DNA of 64,000 nt from Bacteroidetes bacterium GWE2_42_24 (GCA_001768515.1 MEOA01000010.1:64161-128160); one strand, 5' to 3'. Shown: positions 40,793-51,119, counted from the first letter of the stretch. Program-made: numbers and translations. The notes: generated from the letters alone by a model not told the origin.

Positions 40793-42103
40793 CTAATTCA
40801 TCCCCTCAGGAAAGGAAGGAGAAAAAACAAACACATCCTCTCCCTTTTTCAAGCCAAAGCCTTTTGATATCGTTTTTGACTCCAAAAGTTTCCGCTCGCT
40901 GTATGTTTTAAACAATATATTGCGTAACCACGAATAATAGGTTGCCTGATTACCAAAACGGCTCAAAGAAACGCTGGCCTGCGTGAACCGGGATTTATCA
41001 AGATTAACAATGGCCTCAACAGCTAATGGTATTTCCGGCATCTTATACCGCGATGATGAACCTGGCCCATAAATCTTCCAGTAAACTCGATAACTCAGGA
41101 TCCCTTGACTAGCTGTGAAATCATACTGCCATTCTGCAAACGACATATCAAAATCAGCGGTAGTTTGCCACGATAACACAGGCCATTCCGTTGATTCAAA
41201 ACTGAATGTCCCATCGATGCCAGTAAATACCGATGGTATAACACCCAGCGTTTCAGACGACAAGGTAGCTTCATCAGAGGCATTATAACAAGAAACAGAA
41301 GTAAAAAAGGTTGTAAATAAACCACCTGAAGGATACCAGACAACGCTATTCAACTCAAGATGAGGATTGTAATCGAGAAGATACAGTGGCACGGAAATTG
41401 GTTCTGTTTCAAATGACCCAGAGATCCGGGCAGAGAAGAGAGTTAAAGCAGGGTCGGCCGTTAATGCTATCTCTTGAAGTGGAGTTGTTTCCTGTAAGTC
41501 AATATCGTAGTTACCGGTCTGAGGTGCAACCGATACCATCTTGTAAAATCCCTGACCTGATTCCTTTTCTATTTTAACGTAAAACTTATCGGAGGACGGA
41601 ACAGATGGCACATCAAACTGACAGCCTTCCGCCGGCCTAAAGATTCTTGATGATACACCTGCTGAAATAATCCCGATGGAACCAGGCTGAAGCGAGGGTC
41701 TGTTTATCAGGTTGACTCTTGCATGCCCAGAACTAAAGTCGTACCCTCCCGAAAGGTTAAAAGTCCCTCCCGGAAGGCTGTAAAATGATGTAATATAAGG
41801 CACCCTGGCCAAGCTCAAAGAGTATTGAACTATTGTAAGCGTTACCGAATCGGGCCAATGCACTCCCGATGGTGGTTCAAAAACCACGCTTCCGGGGCCA
41901 CACTGCCATTTTCCAGCTAAAAAAGCACCGTCAGCCGTGCTAATCATGTAATAAACAGAATCCTCAAGGTTAAGAAAGTTATCGTTAACGATCAGAGTCA
42001 TCGGAAAAGGAACAGACTCGGTATAAACCTCCTCTTCTTTGTCGCTGCACGCGAAAAGAAACACAAGTAACGTGAAAAGTGAAAAAATGGAATTGATTTT
42101 CAT
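40793..42103 (-). CDS. hypothetical lipoprotein
   Basis: The internal Met gives MKINSIFSLFTLLVFLFAC, a lipoprotein signal peptide with lipobox Cys. 436 aa, beta-rich, no recognisable motif. Confidence 0.6.
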   Translation of the reverse strand: MKINSIFSLFTLLVFLFACSDKEEEVYTESVPFPMTLIVNDNFLNLEDSVYYMISTADGAFLAGKWQCGPGSVVFEPPSGVHWPDSVTLTIVQYSLSLARVPYITSFYSLPGGTFNLSGGYDFSSGHARVNLINRPSLQPGSIGIISAGVSSRIFRPAEGCQFDVPSVPSSDKFYVKIEKESGQGFYKMVSVAPQTGNYDIDLQETTPLQEIALTADPALTLFSARISGSFETEPISVPLYLLDYNPHLELNSVVWYPSGGLFTTFFTSVSCYNASDEATLSSETLGVIPSVFTGIDGTFSFESTEWPVLSWQTTADFDMSFAEWQYDFTASQGILSYRVYWKIYGPGSSSRYKMPEIPLAVEAIVNLDKSRFTQASVSLSRFGNQATYYSWLRNILFKTYSERKLLESKTISKGFGLKKGEDVFVFSPSFPEGMN

Positions 42104-42375
42104 AGCGTATTGCAGTAGATTAATAATAACCGGAGCCTGATATCTCAGCCCCAATAATAATCAGTTAAGAATATAAGCACAAATCTATAGCTTTTTATTT
42201 ACGAAAGCATTTTTAACCAGCGAATTTATATACCGTTTCATCCTTTATGTTTGGTCTACATGGAACTGTGTGAAAAATAATCCTATCTTCAATATGCCCA
42301 AAAAACCAAATTTTTACACACAAACCCGGAAGAATCAGTTAACTTAACATCATCCTCATCCTTTCAACTAATCAT

Positions 42376-43797
42376 TCAATCAACTGTTTTGTTTTTTATA
42401 AAACTCAATGCCGTTTCGAGTACAGTATCCACGCCTTTGCGAAAATCGTCAATTGTAAGATGTGACTCTAAATCGGGTTTTATTCCAACGCCAACAAACT
42501 CCCGACCATCCGGGTATATATCCTTTTTCGAACATATTGACAACAAACCACCATAGGGGAGATTCCACGTAATGGGGTTACCGGTACTACCGGCTGTCAT
42601 TTCGCCAATTAGCGTAATGTGTTTTTGATTGTCGCAAAACACAAGAAAATCTTCAGCAGCCGAGTAGGTTTGATGCCCGATAAGAATAACGGTAGGAACA
42701 ACATGGCGCTCGCGCTCGACGTTAAAAGTAAAATTAGACTCTCCTCCCTTTTCATAATACCTATGATTAGCTATTTCGAAGAGTACTTTGTTTTCCCTAT
42801 TCTCTATAGTGTCATTTGAATTAACACGCATCCCCCATGACATCTGATCAGGTTTATGTACACGAGTATACCATGAAGCCCCAACAAGATCATTATCGGG
42901 TGTAAGTCGGCTAAGTATCTGTGCAGCATAGCTGGTATTTCCGCCACTATTGTTCCGAATATCTATTATCAATCTTTTCGCGCGTTCCTTAAGCTCGGGA
43001 AAAATAGCTTCAAAGTCATCAACAACCTGCTTGCTGTTAAATGAGTTGATAGCAATATAGGCCACATCGCCCTGATACCATTTTAATTCTACAAATTTCC
43101 ACTCCTTGCCAACCGGAATCATTGTATCATTTTTAATATCGGGGGGAAAATCATGAATCACATGTGTTACAATTTTGTCACCCTTTGGTGTCAGAAAAGT
43201 AATATCATAAGGATCATATCTCAGCGAACAAAATAATCCACTAATCGATTCGTCATTTAAATAATGTTTTGTTGAGGAACTTTTATAGGGCATAATTGCT
43301 TCCTCCATATACCTGGACGTTGGCAAACCATTAACCGCTACTATCTCACTACCAAAAGGAATCCAATTACTTTGCTTACTACTTATTTGTGACACCATAG
43401 CCCGCCCTTCAACGGGCTTAACAATAATTTGGAATTTGTCAAAAAAGGTAGTAACGGTTGGATTGTATTCATAATAAACATAGGAGTGGCCATCTTTTAA
43501 CATTGCACAGTAACGGCTTAACAGGCGATAGCATTCGTTATCACTCTCTGACTCCATAACTGGCTTTATCATTGCCAGATACAGACTATCCCATGCCTTC
43601 TCACCCACATTATCAAAAAATGCCTCATTATACTTAGCCTCTGACCAGACTTTCGACAGCGCATACAATTTATCCCCGGGTGTCATATAGGTATTAATCC
43701 CATAAGGGATTTTTTGCTGTTGTGCTTTAGACGCTAATATTGACGCAAAAAAGAATACAGTTAATAGAAATTTGTTCATTAGAATATTTTTAAACAT
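42376..43797 (-). CDS. S41-family (tail-specific/Tricorn C1-like) peptidase, secreted
   Basis: Met at 43797 gives signal peptide MFKNILMNKFLLTVFFFASILASKAQQ. IDIRNNSGGN and SAAEDF motifs are typical of peptidase S41. Confidence 0.7.
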   Translation of the reverse strand: MFKNILMNKFLLTVFFFASILASKAQQQKIPYGINTYMTPGDKLYALSKVWSEAKYNEAFFDNVGEKAWDSLYLAMIKPVMESESDNECYRLLSRYCAMLKDGHSYVYYEYNPTVTTFFDKFQIIVKPVEGRAMVSQISSKQSNWIPFGSEIVAVNGLPTSRYMEEAIMPYKSSSTKHYLNDESISGLFCSLRYDPYDITFLTPKGDKIVTHVIHDFPPDIKNDTMIPVGKEWKFVELKWYQGDVAYIAINSFNSKQVVDDFEAIFPELKERAKRLIIDIRNNSGGNTSYAAQILSRLTPDNDLVGASWYTRVHKPDQMSWGMRVNSNDTIENRENKVLFEIANHRYYEKGGESNFTFNVERERHVVPTVILIGHQTYSAAEDFLVFCDNQKHITLIGEMTAGSTGNPITWNLPYGGLLSICSKKDIYPDGREFVGVGIKPDLESHLTIDDFRKGVDTVLETALSFIKNKTVD

Positions 43798-44421
43798 GGT
43801 TTTACAATATTTATCGAAATCTAATAAGCTATGTAGTTTTGGCAAATTTTGATTGATGTTTTGCTAATATAATTATATCCTGATATTTTCATTCTTCACT
43901 TTCAATAGGATTTCCTCAAATATCTTATTAACGCCAGCGTTGAGATTCAATTTCATGGTACAGGGTAGGTTGCTGCCAACTGTGGAGGTTTTGCGCCTTC
44001 GACGGCTTGCCGGAATAAAATCAGCAAAATAACCTCAACCGCTACTTCATATTGGCGAAAGTTAAACTGAACATCCGATTTCGTGCCTCAAAAGTTTCCG
44101 TAATCCACGGGTTGAAAAACAAAAAAAAAGAACCAATTATTGCATTCGAGATGATGTCACGATAGAAAAGAACTCTTAAAATGCCCAACACGCAAAGATA
44201 TAAAAAGCTCTTGATTAATATTCACATGGAAATTCAATGGAAACTCTCTTCTACTAAGAACCATAAGTACCCCTTGATAAAATGCCTGTACTTTAAATCA
44301 AACCTACGATTGATTAATGCCCCTATGTGCATTACACAAACCGACACAACAAACTACACATTTTAAAACGCCATAATTGCAGATGGTTTCGTTCAATACC
44401 TCCTTAAACTATAGCCACAGG

Positions 44422-45014
44422 TTACGATGTGCAATTCATCGACCGCGCCTGTAAATGCTCTATATTATATACCTCTTCTTTTAACTTATAAATCAACCAA
44501 ACATACCCATCTTTCAACATTTCACAATGTGTACATTCCCATGCGATTTTCGCATCTATTCCCTCGAAAAGGTTTCGGGAACTATTCCCAAGTATTTCGG
44601 GTGAAATGAGACGACTAATTTCATCAATCAAGTCGCTGTTTATCAAAACATTTTCAAGTTTGCTCCCCGTATCAGCCAGTATCTTTCCTATCGAACATTT
44701 TTCTGCCAACTGATTTATGGCCTTTCCATAATCTAAAGGCTTTCTTTTGCTATGATGTAGTCGTATTGCCTTTCATCCAAATACTTTATGTAATCAGATG
44801 GAGTAGATTCTGAAACCAGTATGATAATATTCCCACTGTAATCAAGTCTACAGTAATGATGCAAAAGTCCTTTTAAAGTTCCTTTTGTATCAGGTATAAT
44901 CCAAGATGAAAGAGACTTATCCTTATCAGATCTTAAAAAATCCGCCAGCATCTCTGATTGCAACGTTTGTCCAAACATCGTAATTCCGGATTTTGCAGTA
45001 ATAGAACCAAACAT
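44422..45014 (-). pseudogene. frameshifted dihydrofolate-reductase-like (RibD C-terminal domain) gene
   Basis: ORFs 44733..45014 and 44422..44709 are the N- and C-halves of one RibD_C-like protein (C-half: SDLIDEISRLISPEILGNSSRNLFEG...GYVWLIY). They lie in different frames, with the shift near 44710-44740. Confidence 0.55.
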
Positions 45015-45186
45015 TTAGCCCTCAGTTCTATAAGAACTAACAATATGATAATGCAACTCCATATTTGGGTTCAACCCAATAAAGGCACAATCCATACTTA
45101 TTGAATTGTGCAAAATTACTTTTGAATTCATAACCTATTTCGACATAGCGGATGCCGCTAATTTGTTTCAGTATGGTTTAATTCAA

Positions 45187-45783
45187 TTATATTAAAACAA
45201 AGCCATAAGGCATGGGTACAGTGAAATTCTTTTCGTCCTTAAATTGACTTATTCTGTCGATTGAACGTTGTCCCTGAACATTAACTTTCTGAAAAAGTTC
45301 TTCATAGTCATGGAAAAACTGAACGGTTTCGTATTGCTGTATTTTTTTTATATTAAATCTCTTTAAAGTTTCCCAACTATTTATCACTTTTTCCGTCTCA
45401 TCAGCAATATATGCCCATTCTGAGTTTGGCCAATGATCACAAATAAGAACACCTGGAGCCATCGTTAATGCGTGATTTATAGCTGCTTCAGGGCTTTTCA
45501 TTTCATGAAGACAAAATTCAAACATAACGATATCTCCTTTCCTATTTACAAGAATAAAATCTGAATTAATGAGAGTATACTTATCTAAAAGTTTTGATTT
45601 TTCAAGGCTATCTTTAAGCTTTCCAAGTGCTTCTTTATCATTGTCAATTGCGATTACTTTTTTCGAAGCGCGCCCATATTCAATAAATTGGCCGCCTCCG
45701 GCACCGACTGAAATGATCGTCTGATCATCAAAGTCATAGAATGCAAAAAGATTCGCTATAATTTTCTTTATGTCTGTAGCCAT
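45187..45783 (-). CDS. class I SAM-dependent methyltransferase
   Basis: 198 aa; motif I ISVGAGGGQFIEY followed by an acidic motif II (AIDND). Confidence 0.7.
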   Translation of the reverse strand: MATDIKKIIANLFAFYDFDDQTIISVGAGGGQFIEYGRASKKVIAIDNDKEALGKLKDSLEKSKLLDKYTLINSDFILVNRKGDIVMFEFCLHEMKSPEAAINHALTMAPGVLICDHWPNSEWAYIADETEKVINSWETLKRFNIKKIQQYETVQFFHDYEELFQKVNVQGQRSIDRISQFKDEKNFTVPMPYGFVLI

Positions 45784-45876
45784 AGCTTTACGATTATATC
45801 TCTAAATCTATTCTAAATGTTGCGACTGTTAGTATTCGGAGACGCACCACGTCGCGAAACAGATTATATTGACCGG

Positions 45877-46497
45877 TCAGGAATTATCATTTTTTGTTAC
45901 AACAACAAATAGCATTGGCATTATACCTTCAACAAAAGCACTTTTCTCCAGATTATAGCCACATGCCGAAATAAATTTTATCAAACTCTTAGAATCGAAT
46001 CTTGTGTTTATTGGATGACCTTTGATTTCCATAATTTTTGAAATAATCTTCGTCTTGATACTCTCATTATGTAAAAATGTTGGAACAATCAATTTACCGT
46101 TTTTCTTTAAAAGCCTCTTAATTGAATTTAAGAATTGCTCAGGCCTGTCTAAGAGATGCAAGAGATTTGAAACAATAATAATATCAAACATTTCATCGTT
46201 AAAACTCAGATTATAACAATCCTGTACTTGAAATGATATATTATTTATGTGTAGTCTTTCAATTTTTAGATTAGCAATATTAACCATCTCCTGTGAAAAG
46301 TCGGTTGCAACAATCTTTTCCACAGAATCAGCCAATGCAATCGGTATTTCTCCGGTTCCGGTTCCAATATCTAAAAGAGTTTGAGCCTTATTGCTCTCTT
46401 TTATAATTAACTCAATAATTTTAGAGTAAGAATTCTTAGATTTCTTCAGGTGATTGTCATAATCAGATGCTTTTTTGTCCCAATAATTTGTTTCCAT
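45877..46497 (-). CDS. class I SAM-dependent methyltransferase (Methyltransf_11/UbiE-like)
   Basis: 206 aa; motif I LLDIGTGTGEIPIALA, ATDFS, and post-motif LKKNGKLIV. Confidence 0.75.
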   Translation of the reverse strand: METNYWDKKASDYDNHLKKSKNSYSKIIELIIKESNKAQTLLDIGTGTGEIPIALADSVEKIVATDFSQEMVNIANLKIERLHINNISFQVQDCYNLSFNDEMFDIIIVSNLLHLLDRPEQFLNSIKRLLKKNGKLIVPTFLHNESIKTKIISKIMEIKGHPINTRFDSKSLIKFISACGYNLEKSAFVEGIMPMLFVVVTKNDNS

Positions 46498-46684
46498 TTT
46501 TTAAATATTAATTTTTAAGACAGATATTCTGAATGATTTTCAGTTCGAGAGACCTGAAAACTGAAAGGATAATCTGCTGATGACACATCATTACTCCCGC
46601 ATCGACTTACTCCGTAATGTAGTCCCGGGCGTTGCACCTGACCAGGCTGCATGCTTATGTACTATTTAATAGCAGAAGGCTGTA

Positions 46685-47296
46685 CTACTTAAATTTAATT
46701 GTGATTAAAAAATAGTGCGGAATTTTAAAATGTTCTCCTAATTTTTCAGGCATTACATCTGACTGAGCAACTTCACAGTATGAGGACGAGCCGTCTTTGT
46801 GAATTGTTGGAGTAATTATTGCTAATATGGCGTTACCTTTTTCGGTTAGTCGAAGAGTAAGTTCACTGTTTCTACCAAAAAAGTCTTTTAAAGCATAATC
46901 ATCTGTATTACTATTCAAATCGAAATACATTCTTTTGCTTTCAAAATTTTTTCCAATAATAAGTGTCTTCAATTTTTCTTTCTCCAACTTGAAATAGAAT
47001 TTTAAGGACAATTTGCTCCCCCTGATCATAAAAAAGTCAGACTCAGAAGCATCAAATAATGAGGTGTTTTTTACGAAATTGCCATCTTTGTATTCCTGCA
47101 AATTTATTTCGTAATATTTTCCATTCAACGTATCATTTTCAAAAATGAGTTTCTCTATAAAAACACCTTCAAAATCAATCAGATTCTGTATTTCTTCATT
47201 TCTACTTCCATACTCGCTTGTTAATCTCACGGTTTTTTGGGCAAAAGCGAAATTCGAGATTAGAACCAGTGCTAATACTATTTTCTTCGACTTCAT
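46685..47296 (-). CDS. hypothetical secreted protein
   Basis: 203 aa with signal peptide MKSKKIVLALVLISNFAFAQ. Very AT-rich; no recognisable motif. Confidence 0.5.
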   Translation of the reverse strand: MKSKKIVLALVLISNFAFAQKTVRLTSEYGSRNEEIQNLIDFEGVFIEKLIFENDTLNGKYYEINLQEYKDGNFVKNTSLFDASESDFFMIRGSKLSLKFYFKLEKEKLKTLIIGKNFESKRMYFDLNSNTDDYALKDFFGRNSELTLRLTEKGNAILAIITPTIHKDGSSSYCEVAQSDVMPEKLGEHFKIPHYFLITIKFK

Positions 47297-47967
47297 GTTT
47301 TATTTTGTTGGAAATTCATGCTACCAGTATTTATATACCCCCAAAAAGTCATTGCAATTCTCTTATTTCGCTCTTACAACAGTTACTTTGAGGCGATTAT
47401 TTCTTTCTGAAACACTTGTTTAGAACGCTGCAACCTTGCATACCAAATAACAATTTACTGTGCGCTTTATTGCTTTCATAGGTGAAAATCTCCGAAGATT
47501 TGCTACTCCTGTGCCCTCTATGCCGCAAGCCGGTGCCGCCTTCCGGAAAATACCTGGAATAACAGATCCACAGCCACCACAACCTGACCGGGATGATTGA
47601 TTTTGCTTTTACCAAGCCTGCTTCGCAATACCCTGTACACTCTTTCCGCTGTAACACGCTCCGGTACCAAAAAGCACTAAAAATGATATAGCAAATGAAA
47701 ATTACGCCAGTTTTCCACAGCCTGAGAAGTAAGTTACCTGTGTTGATCGGTTTATAATACCACGATCAAAAAGATGGCGCAAGGCCATTCCAGGTCATCT
47801 CTCTTGATCAGCATTCCAGCTCATGAAGTTCACCGCAATGGAAAATCATGTCTGGTCTGGCCATACAATCAATAATGGAATGCTGCCGGTTGGTCGCGTC
47901 ATCTAAACGCTATTGCCCGTGGCCTCAAACTATCAAAATCAAAGGTCAGTATGAACGAAAATATCCC

Positions 47968-48103
47968 AAAAACCCACATTATTCTAAAACAAAACACAAA
48001 ACACCGAAAATGCTGACAAACAGAGGACAAACTTAACACCCCTTCGTTCTCGCTTCGAAGTAGCTTCGAAGTAGCTTCGTCAATTTTCGAAGCAAAAACG
48101 AAG
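47968..48103 (+). repeat. 136-nt non-coding element, copy B
   Basis: Same orientation and exact length as copy A. Units ccCCTTCGttc, tcGCTTCGaag, taGCTTCGaag and taGCTTCGtca lie at 48039-48082. My reading agrees with the ORF-track translations of 47848..48036 and 47899..48132, which cross it. Confidence 0.8.
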
Positions 48104-48543
48104 AGGCTTTGGAAATACTTCGGAACAACCATAGCTTTGGTCTAACCAAATTAACTTGATGCGGGTATTCACTTTTATGGAAACCGTATACTATGATGTA
48201 TCGCTCAACCTGTATCTGATACTGTTGCGCGGAGGGAAGAGCGTGCCCGGGCTGTATAAACGGGACTCCAACCCTTAAAAAAGTATGTTTATTGAGATAT
48301 GGTATCCTGAAACACGAGAGGCCAGGAAGCGGACAAAATGGACGATGGAGTTACAAAATGATCGCCCTGAAGCCAAATTGAACAGATGTAATGAAATACG
48401 TTGTTTTCAGGAAGCGGTAATATCAAACCAGATGTAATACAGCGAAAAATGCATCCTGCAACCACCGGTAAAATTAATACGGCCGGGGAGATCAACACCA
48501 TCAGGCTCAGAAATCATAACCAGCACATCATGACTACCACAGA

Positions 48544-51027
48544 TCATGAAGGATCTACATCCGGCACAATCTGCAGCCGACTCATGCCAGGCATGTGCAG
48601 AACCTGCTGAATGACAACCAATATCTGCTGCTTCATGGGGCGCAGATCGACTGAGCGTTCAAGTTTAAGGACGACCAGCCTGATATATTGGTTTTTAACA
48701 CGTCCAATGACAGGATAAACCGGACCAAGTACACGGGTTCCGAGCGAAGCTGCAAGCCCCCCGGCGAGACTCTCGGAGGCCTCCTTTACCACCGTTGCAT
48801 CGGGGTGCTTCACGCTCAGAAGAATGAGCCGGACAAACGGGGGGTAAAGGTATTGGCGTCGTTCGGCAATTTGAGAATGATACATGGAGTAATAGTCGTT
48901 CAGGAGTACAAATTCCAACACCGTATGATGTGGATTGCGGGTTTGGATGATTACCCGGCCAGGTACGTCCTTTCGTCCTGCGCGACCACTCACTTGCATC
49001 AGCATTTGAAAAGATCGCTCAAAGGCTCTGAAATCAGGGAAGCTCAGCATGGTATCGGCATCCAGTACCCCGACAACGGAGACCCGATCGAAATCGAGTC
49101 CTTTGGTTACCATCTGCGTTCCCACCAGAATATCAATCCTGTGTTCACCAAAGTCAGTTAAGATTGAATGATAGGAGTGTTTTGAACGGGTGGTATCAAG
49201 GTCCATACGTCCGATACGCGCGTCGGGAAACAAAGTAGTCAGGTCTTCCTCAATCCTTTCGGTTCCCAGCCCTTTCATCAACATCCGGGGGGTATGACAC
49301 TCGGGACACTCGGCAGGAACAGGAGTGCTGAAACCACAGTAATGACAACGCAGCATGTTGATGGTCTTGTGGTAGGTCAAAGTCACATCGCAATTACGAC
49401 AATGCGGGACATGACCACAATTGTCGCATTCAACATGCGGGGCAAATCCCCGGCGATTCTGGAAAAGGATGATCTGCTCTTTTTTATTAAGAGCACTTTC
49501 TACTGCGGTGAAGAGTACCGATGAAAGGCTGGCTTTCATCGATTTCTCACGTTGCCCGGTTTTAAGATTCGCCATTTCTATTTTTGGCAACACCGCGTTC
49601 CCAAATCGCTCGTTCAGCTTCACGAGAGAATACTTTCCATTCAATGCATTGTAATATGACTCAATCGATGGCGTTGCACTCCCAAGCAGCACCTGCGCTC
49701 CATGAAAATGAGCCAGCATCACAGCGGCATCGCGCGCCTGGTAACGGGGAGCAGGATCATATTGTTTGAAAGAGGCATCGTGTTCCTCATCGACAATAAT
49801 CAACCGCAGATTCGAAAAAGGCAGAAAAATTGATGAACGGGCTCCCAGAACGAGACTGTAGGGCGAATGGGCTGATTTCCCGGCTCTGAACCATACCTCG
49901 CCGCGCTCCTGATCGTTATACCTCGAATGATACACACCGGTACCACTGCCAAAGAAAAACCGTAACCTGTCGACAATTTGCGTGGTGAGTGCTATTTCGG
50001 GCAACAGGTACAAAACTTGCCCACCCTCCTTAATAACGCGGTCAATCAGTTTGATATAGATCTCAGTTTTGCCACTGGAAGTAAGTCCATGCAACAATAC
50101 AGGACGATCGGGTAGCGATGAGGTGATCTCGTCGAAGGCATTTTGCTGAGCCGCACTTAAAATGATTGAGTCAGGGTGAGCCTGAGCCGGAAAATCCCTA
50201 AACCGGCTGATATCCTTCTCATACACGTTAAGCACTTTTTTCTTAACCAGTGAATCAAAAGCTGACTGTGCCTGTTTGGACATCTGAAGGACATCACGGC
50301 GGCGAACCTCGGTACGATTCTGACCAAACCAAGCCGCAAGGGTAAGAAAAGAGGTCAGTACATCAACCTGTTTCGGTGCACGCTTTTCTATTTTATCGAA
50401 AAGTTGTTTTAAAGCGTCTTCGCTGTGAAAATCTCCCGAAAGGGTGACATAAACTTCCTTTTTGGGGTGATACTTCTCTTGAAGTTCCTCCTCCATCACA
50501 ACAACCTCCTGTTCGATAAGCCTTCTGATAAGAGGAATTACGCGCGTAACCCCAACAGAACGGGACGCCTCTGAAAGCGTCAGGACAGGCGTGTTATGGA
50601 GCGCTTCGATCACCTGTTGTTCCTTGTCGGTAAACTCATCGAGGCGACCATCATAGAGTGGATGCAGCATCAGTTTCGACTCAGAGGCGAGCTTCAGCGC
50701 TGACGGGAGGGCCGCCTGCATGACTTCGCCGGGTGTGCAGAGGTAGTAGCCTGCCATCCATTCCCAAAACCTGAAATGCTCCTCACTGATACATGGAATC
50801 GCATCCAGCACCGAGAGAACATATTTCACTTCATAATCGAGTGGCACTTTGTGGTGAAGCCTCCGCACCAAAGCTGTGTATATCTTTTGTTTCCCGAACG
50901 GGACTACAATCCGTACTCCCGGGATGACAGAACTCACCATATCTACAGGAATGCGATAGGTGAAACTACCCGGCAAGGGAACCGGCAGAATCACATCGCA
51001 CAGGTAGACCAGGGGCTCATCAGTCAT
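48544..51027 (-). CDS. priA: primosomal replication restart helicase PriA
   Basis: 827 aa with Walker A GLTSSGKTEIY, a DEEHD box, and the Cys-rich zinc region CDNCGHVPHCRNCDVTLTYHK..CHYCG. Confidence 0.95.
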   Translation of the reverse strand: MTDEPLVYLCDVILPVPLPGSFTYRIPVDMVSSVIPGVRIVVPFGKQKIYTALVRRLHHKVPLDYEVKYVLSVLDAIPCISEEHFRFWEWMAGYYLCTPGEVMQAALPSALKLASESKLMLHPLYDGRLDEFTDKEQQVIEALHNTPVLTLSEASRSVGVTRVIPLIRRLIEQEVVVMEEELQEKYHPKKEVYVTLSGDFHSEDALKQLFDKIEKRAPKQVDVLTSFLTLAAWFGQNRTEVRRRDVLQMSKQAQSAFDSLVKKKVLNVYEKDISRFRDFPAQAHPDSIILSAAQQNAFDEITSSLPDRPVLLHGLTSSGKTEIYIKLIDRVIKEGGQVLYLLPEIALTTQIVDRLRFFFGSGTGVYHSRYNDQERGEVWFRAGKSAHSPYSLVLGARSSIFLPFSNLRLIIVDEEHDASFKQYDPAPRYQARDAAVMLAHFHGAQVLLGSATPSIESYYNALNGKYSLVKLNERFGNAVLPKIEMANLKTGQREKSMKASLSSVLFTAVESALNKKEQIILFQNRRGFAPHVECDNCGHVPHCRNCDVTLTYHKTINMLRCHYCGFSTPVPAECPECHTPRMLMKGLGTERIEEDLTTLFPDARIGRMDLDTTRSKHSYHSILTDFGEHRIDILVGTQMVTKGLDFDRVSVVGVLDADTMLSFPDFRAFERSFQMLMQVSGRAGRKDVPGRVIIQTRNPHHTVLEFVLLNDYYSMYHSQIAERRQYLYPPFVRLILLSVKHPDATVVKEASESLAGGLAASLGTRVLGPVYPVIGRVKNQYIRLVVLKLERSVDLRPMKQQILVVIQQVLHMPGMSRLQIVPDVDPS

Positions 51028-51119
51028 ATTCTAAGTTTATTGATCTCTCAGGAGAAATAACAGCATTACAGCAGCTTTACGATGGCTGTGCTAAGTCTTC
51101 TCACCCATTGTCATTTCGG

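Noticed and set aside
43990-44050. A possible third, degenerate piece of the repeat family. It shares TAAAATCAGCAAAA with the sequence just upstream of copy A and contains CCTTCGACGGCTTGCC.
   Set aside because: Only a 14-nt exact match in AT-rich DNA, which can occur by chance at this scale. The order of the pieces differs from copies A and B, and there is no 11-nt phasing.
46498-46684. A possible riboswitch or leader upstream of the methyltransferase gene (hairpin TTTTCAG..CTGAAAA and GGTGCAACGCCCGGG-like strings).
   Set aside because: I could not match SAM-I/II, SAH or other riboswitch cores. The only hairpin is more simply a terminator-like structure for the upstream gene 46685..47296.
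47525-47595. SRP-RNA-like strings on the minus strand (CCGGTCAGGT and TCCGGAAGGCGGCACC).
   Set aside because: About 40 unrelated nt separate the two motifs, and I could not pair the flanks into the SRP domain IV helix. The similarity is limited to short strings.
48261-48276. tRNA T-arm-like sequence on the minus strand (AAGGGTTGGAGTCCCGT), a possible att-site remnant of an integrated element.
   Set aside because: The T-loop has G where the invariant C56 should be, the stem pairs only 3 bp, and no acceptor stem, CCA context or remainder of a tRNA is present.
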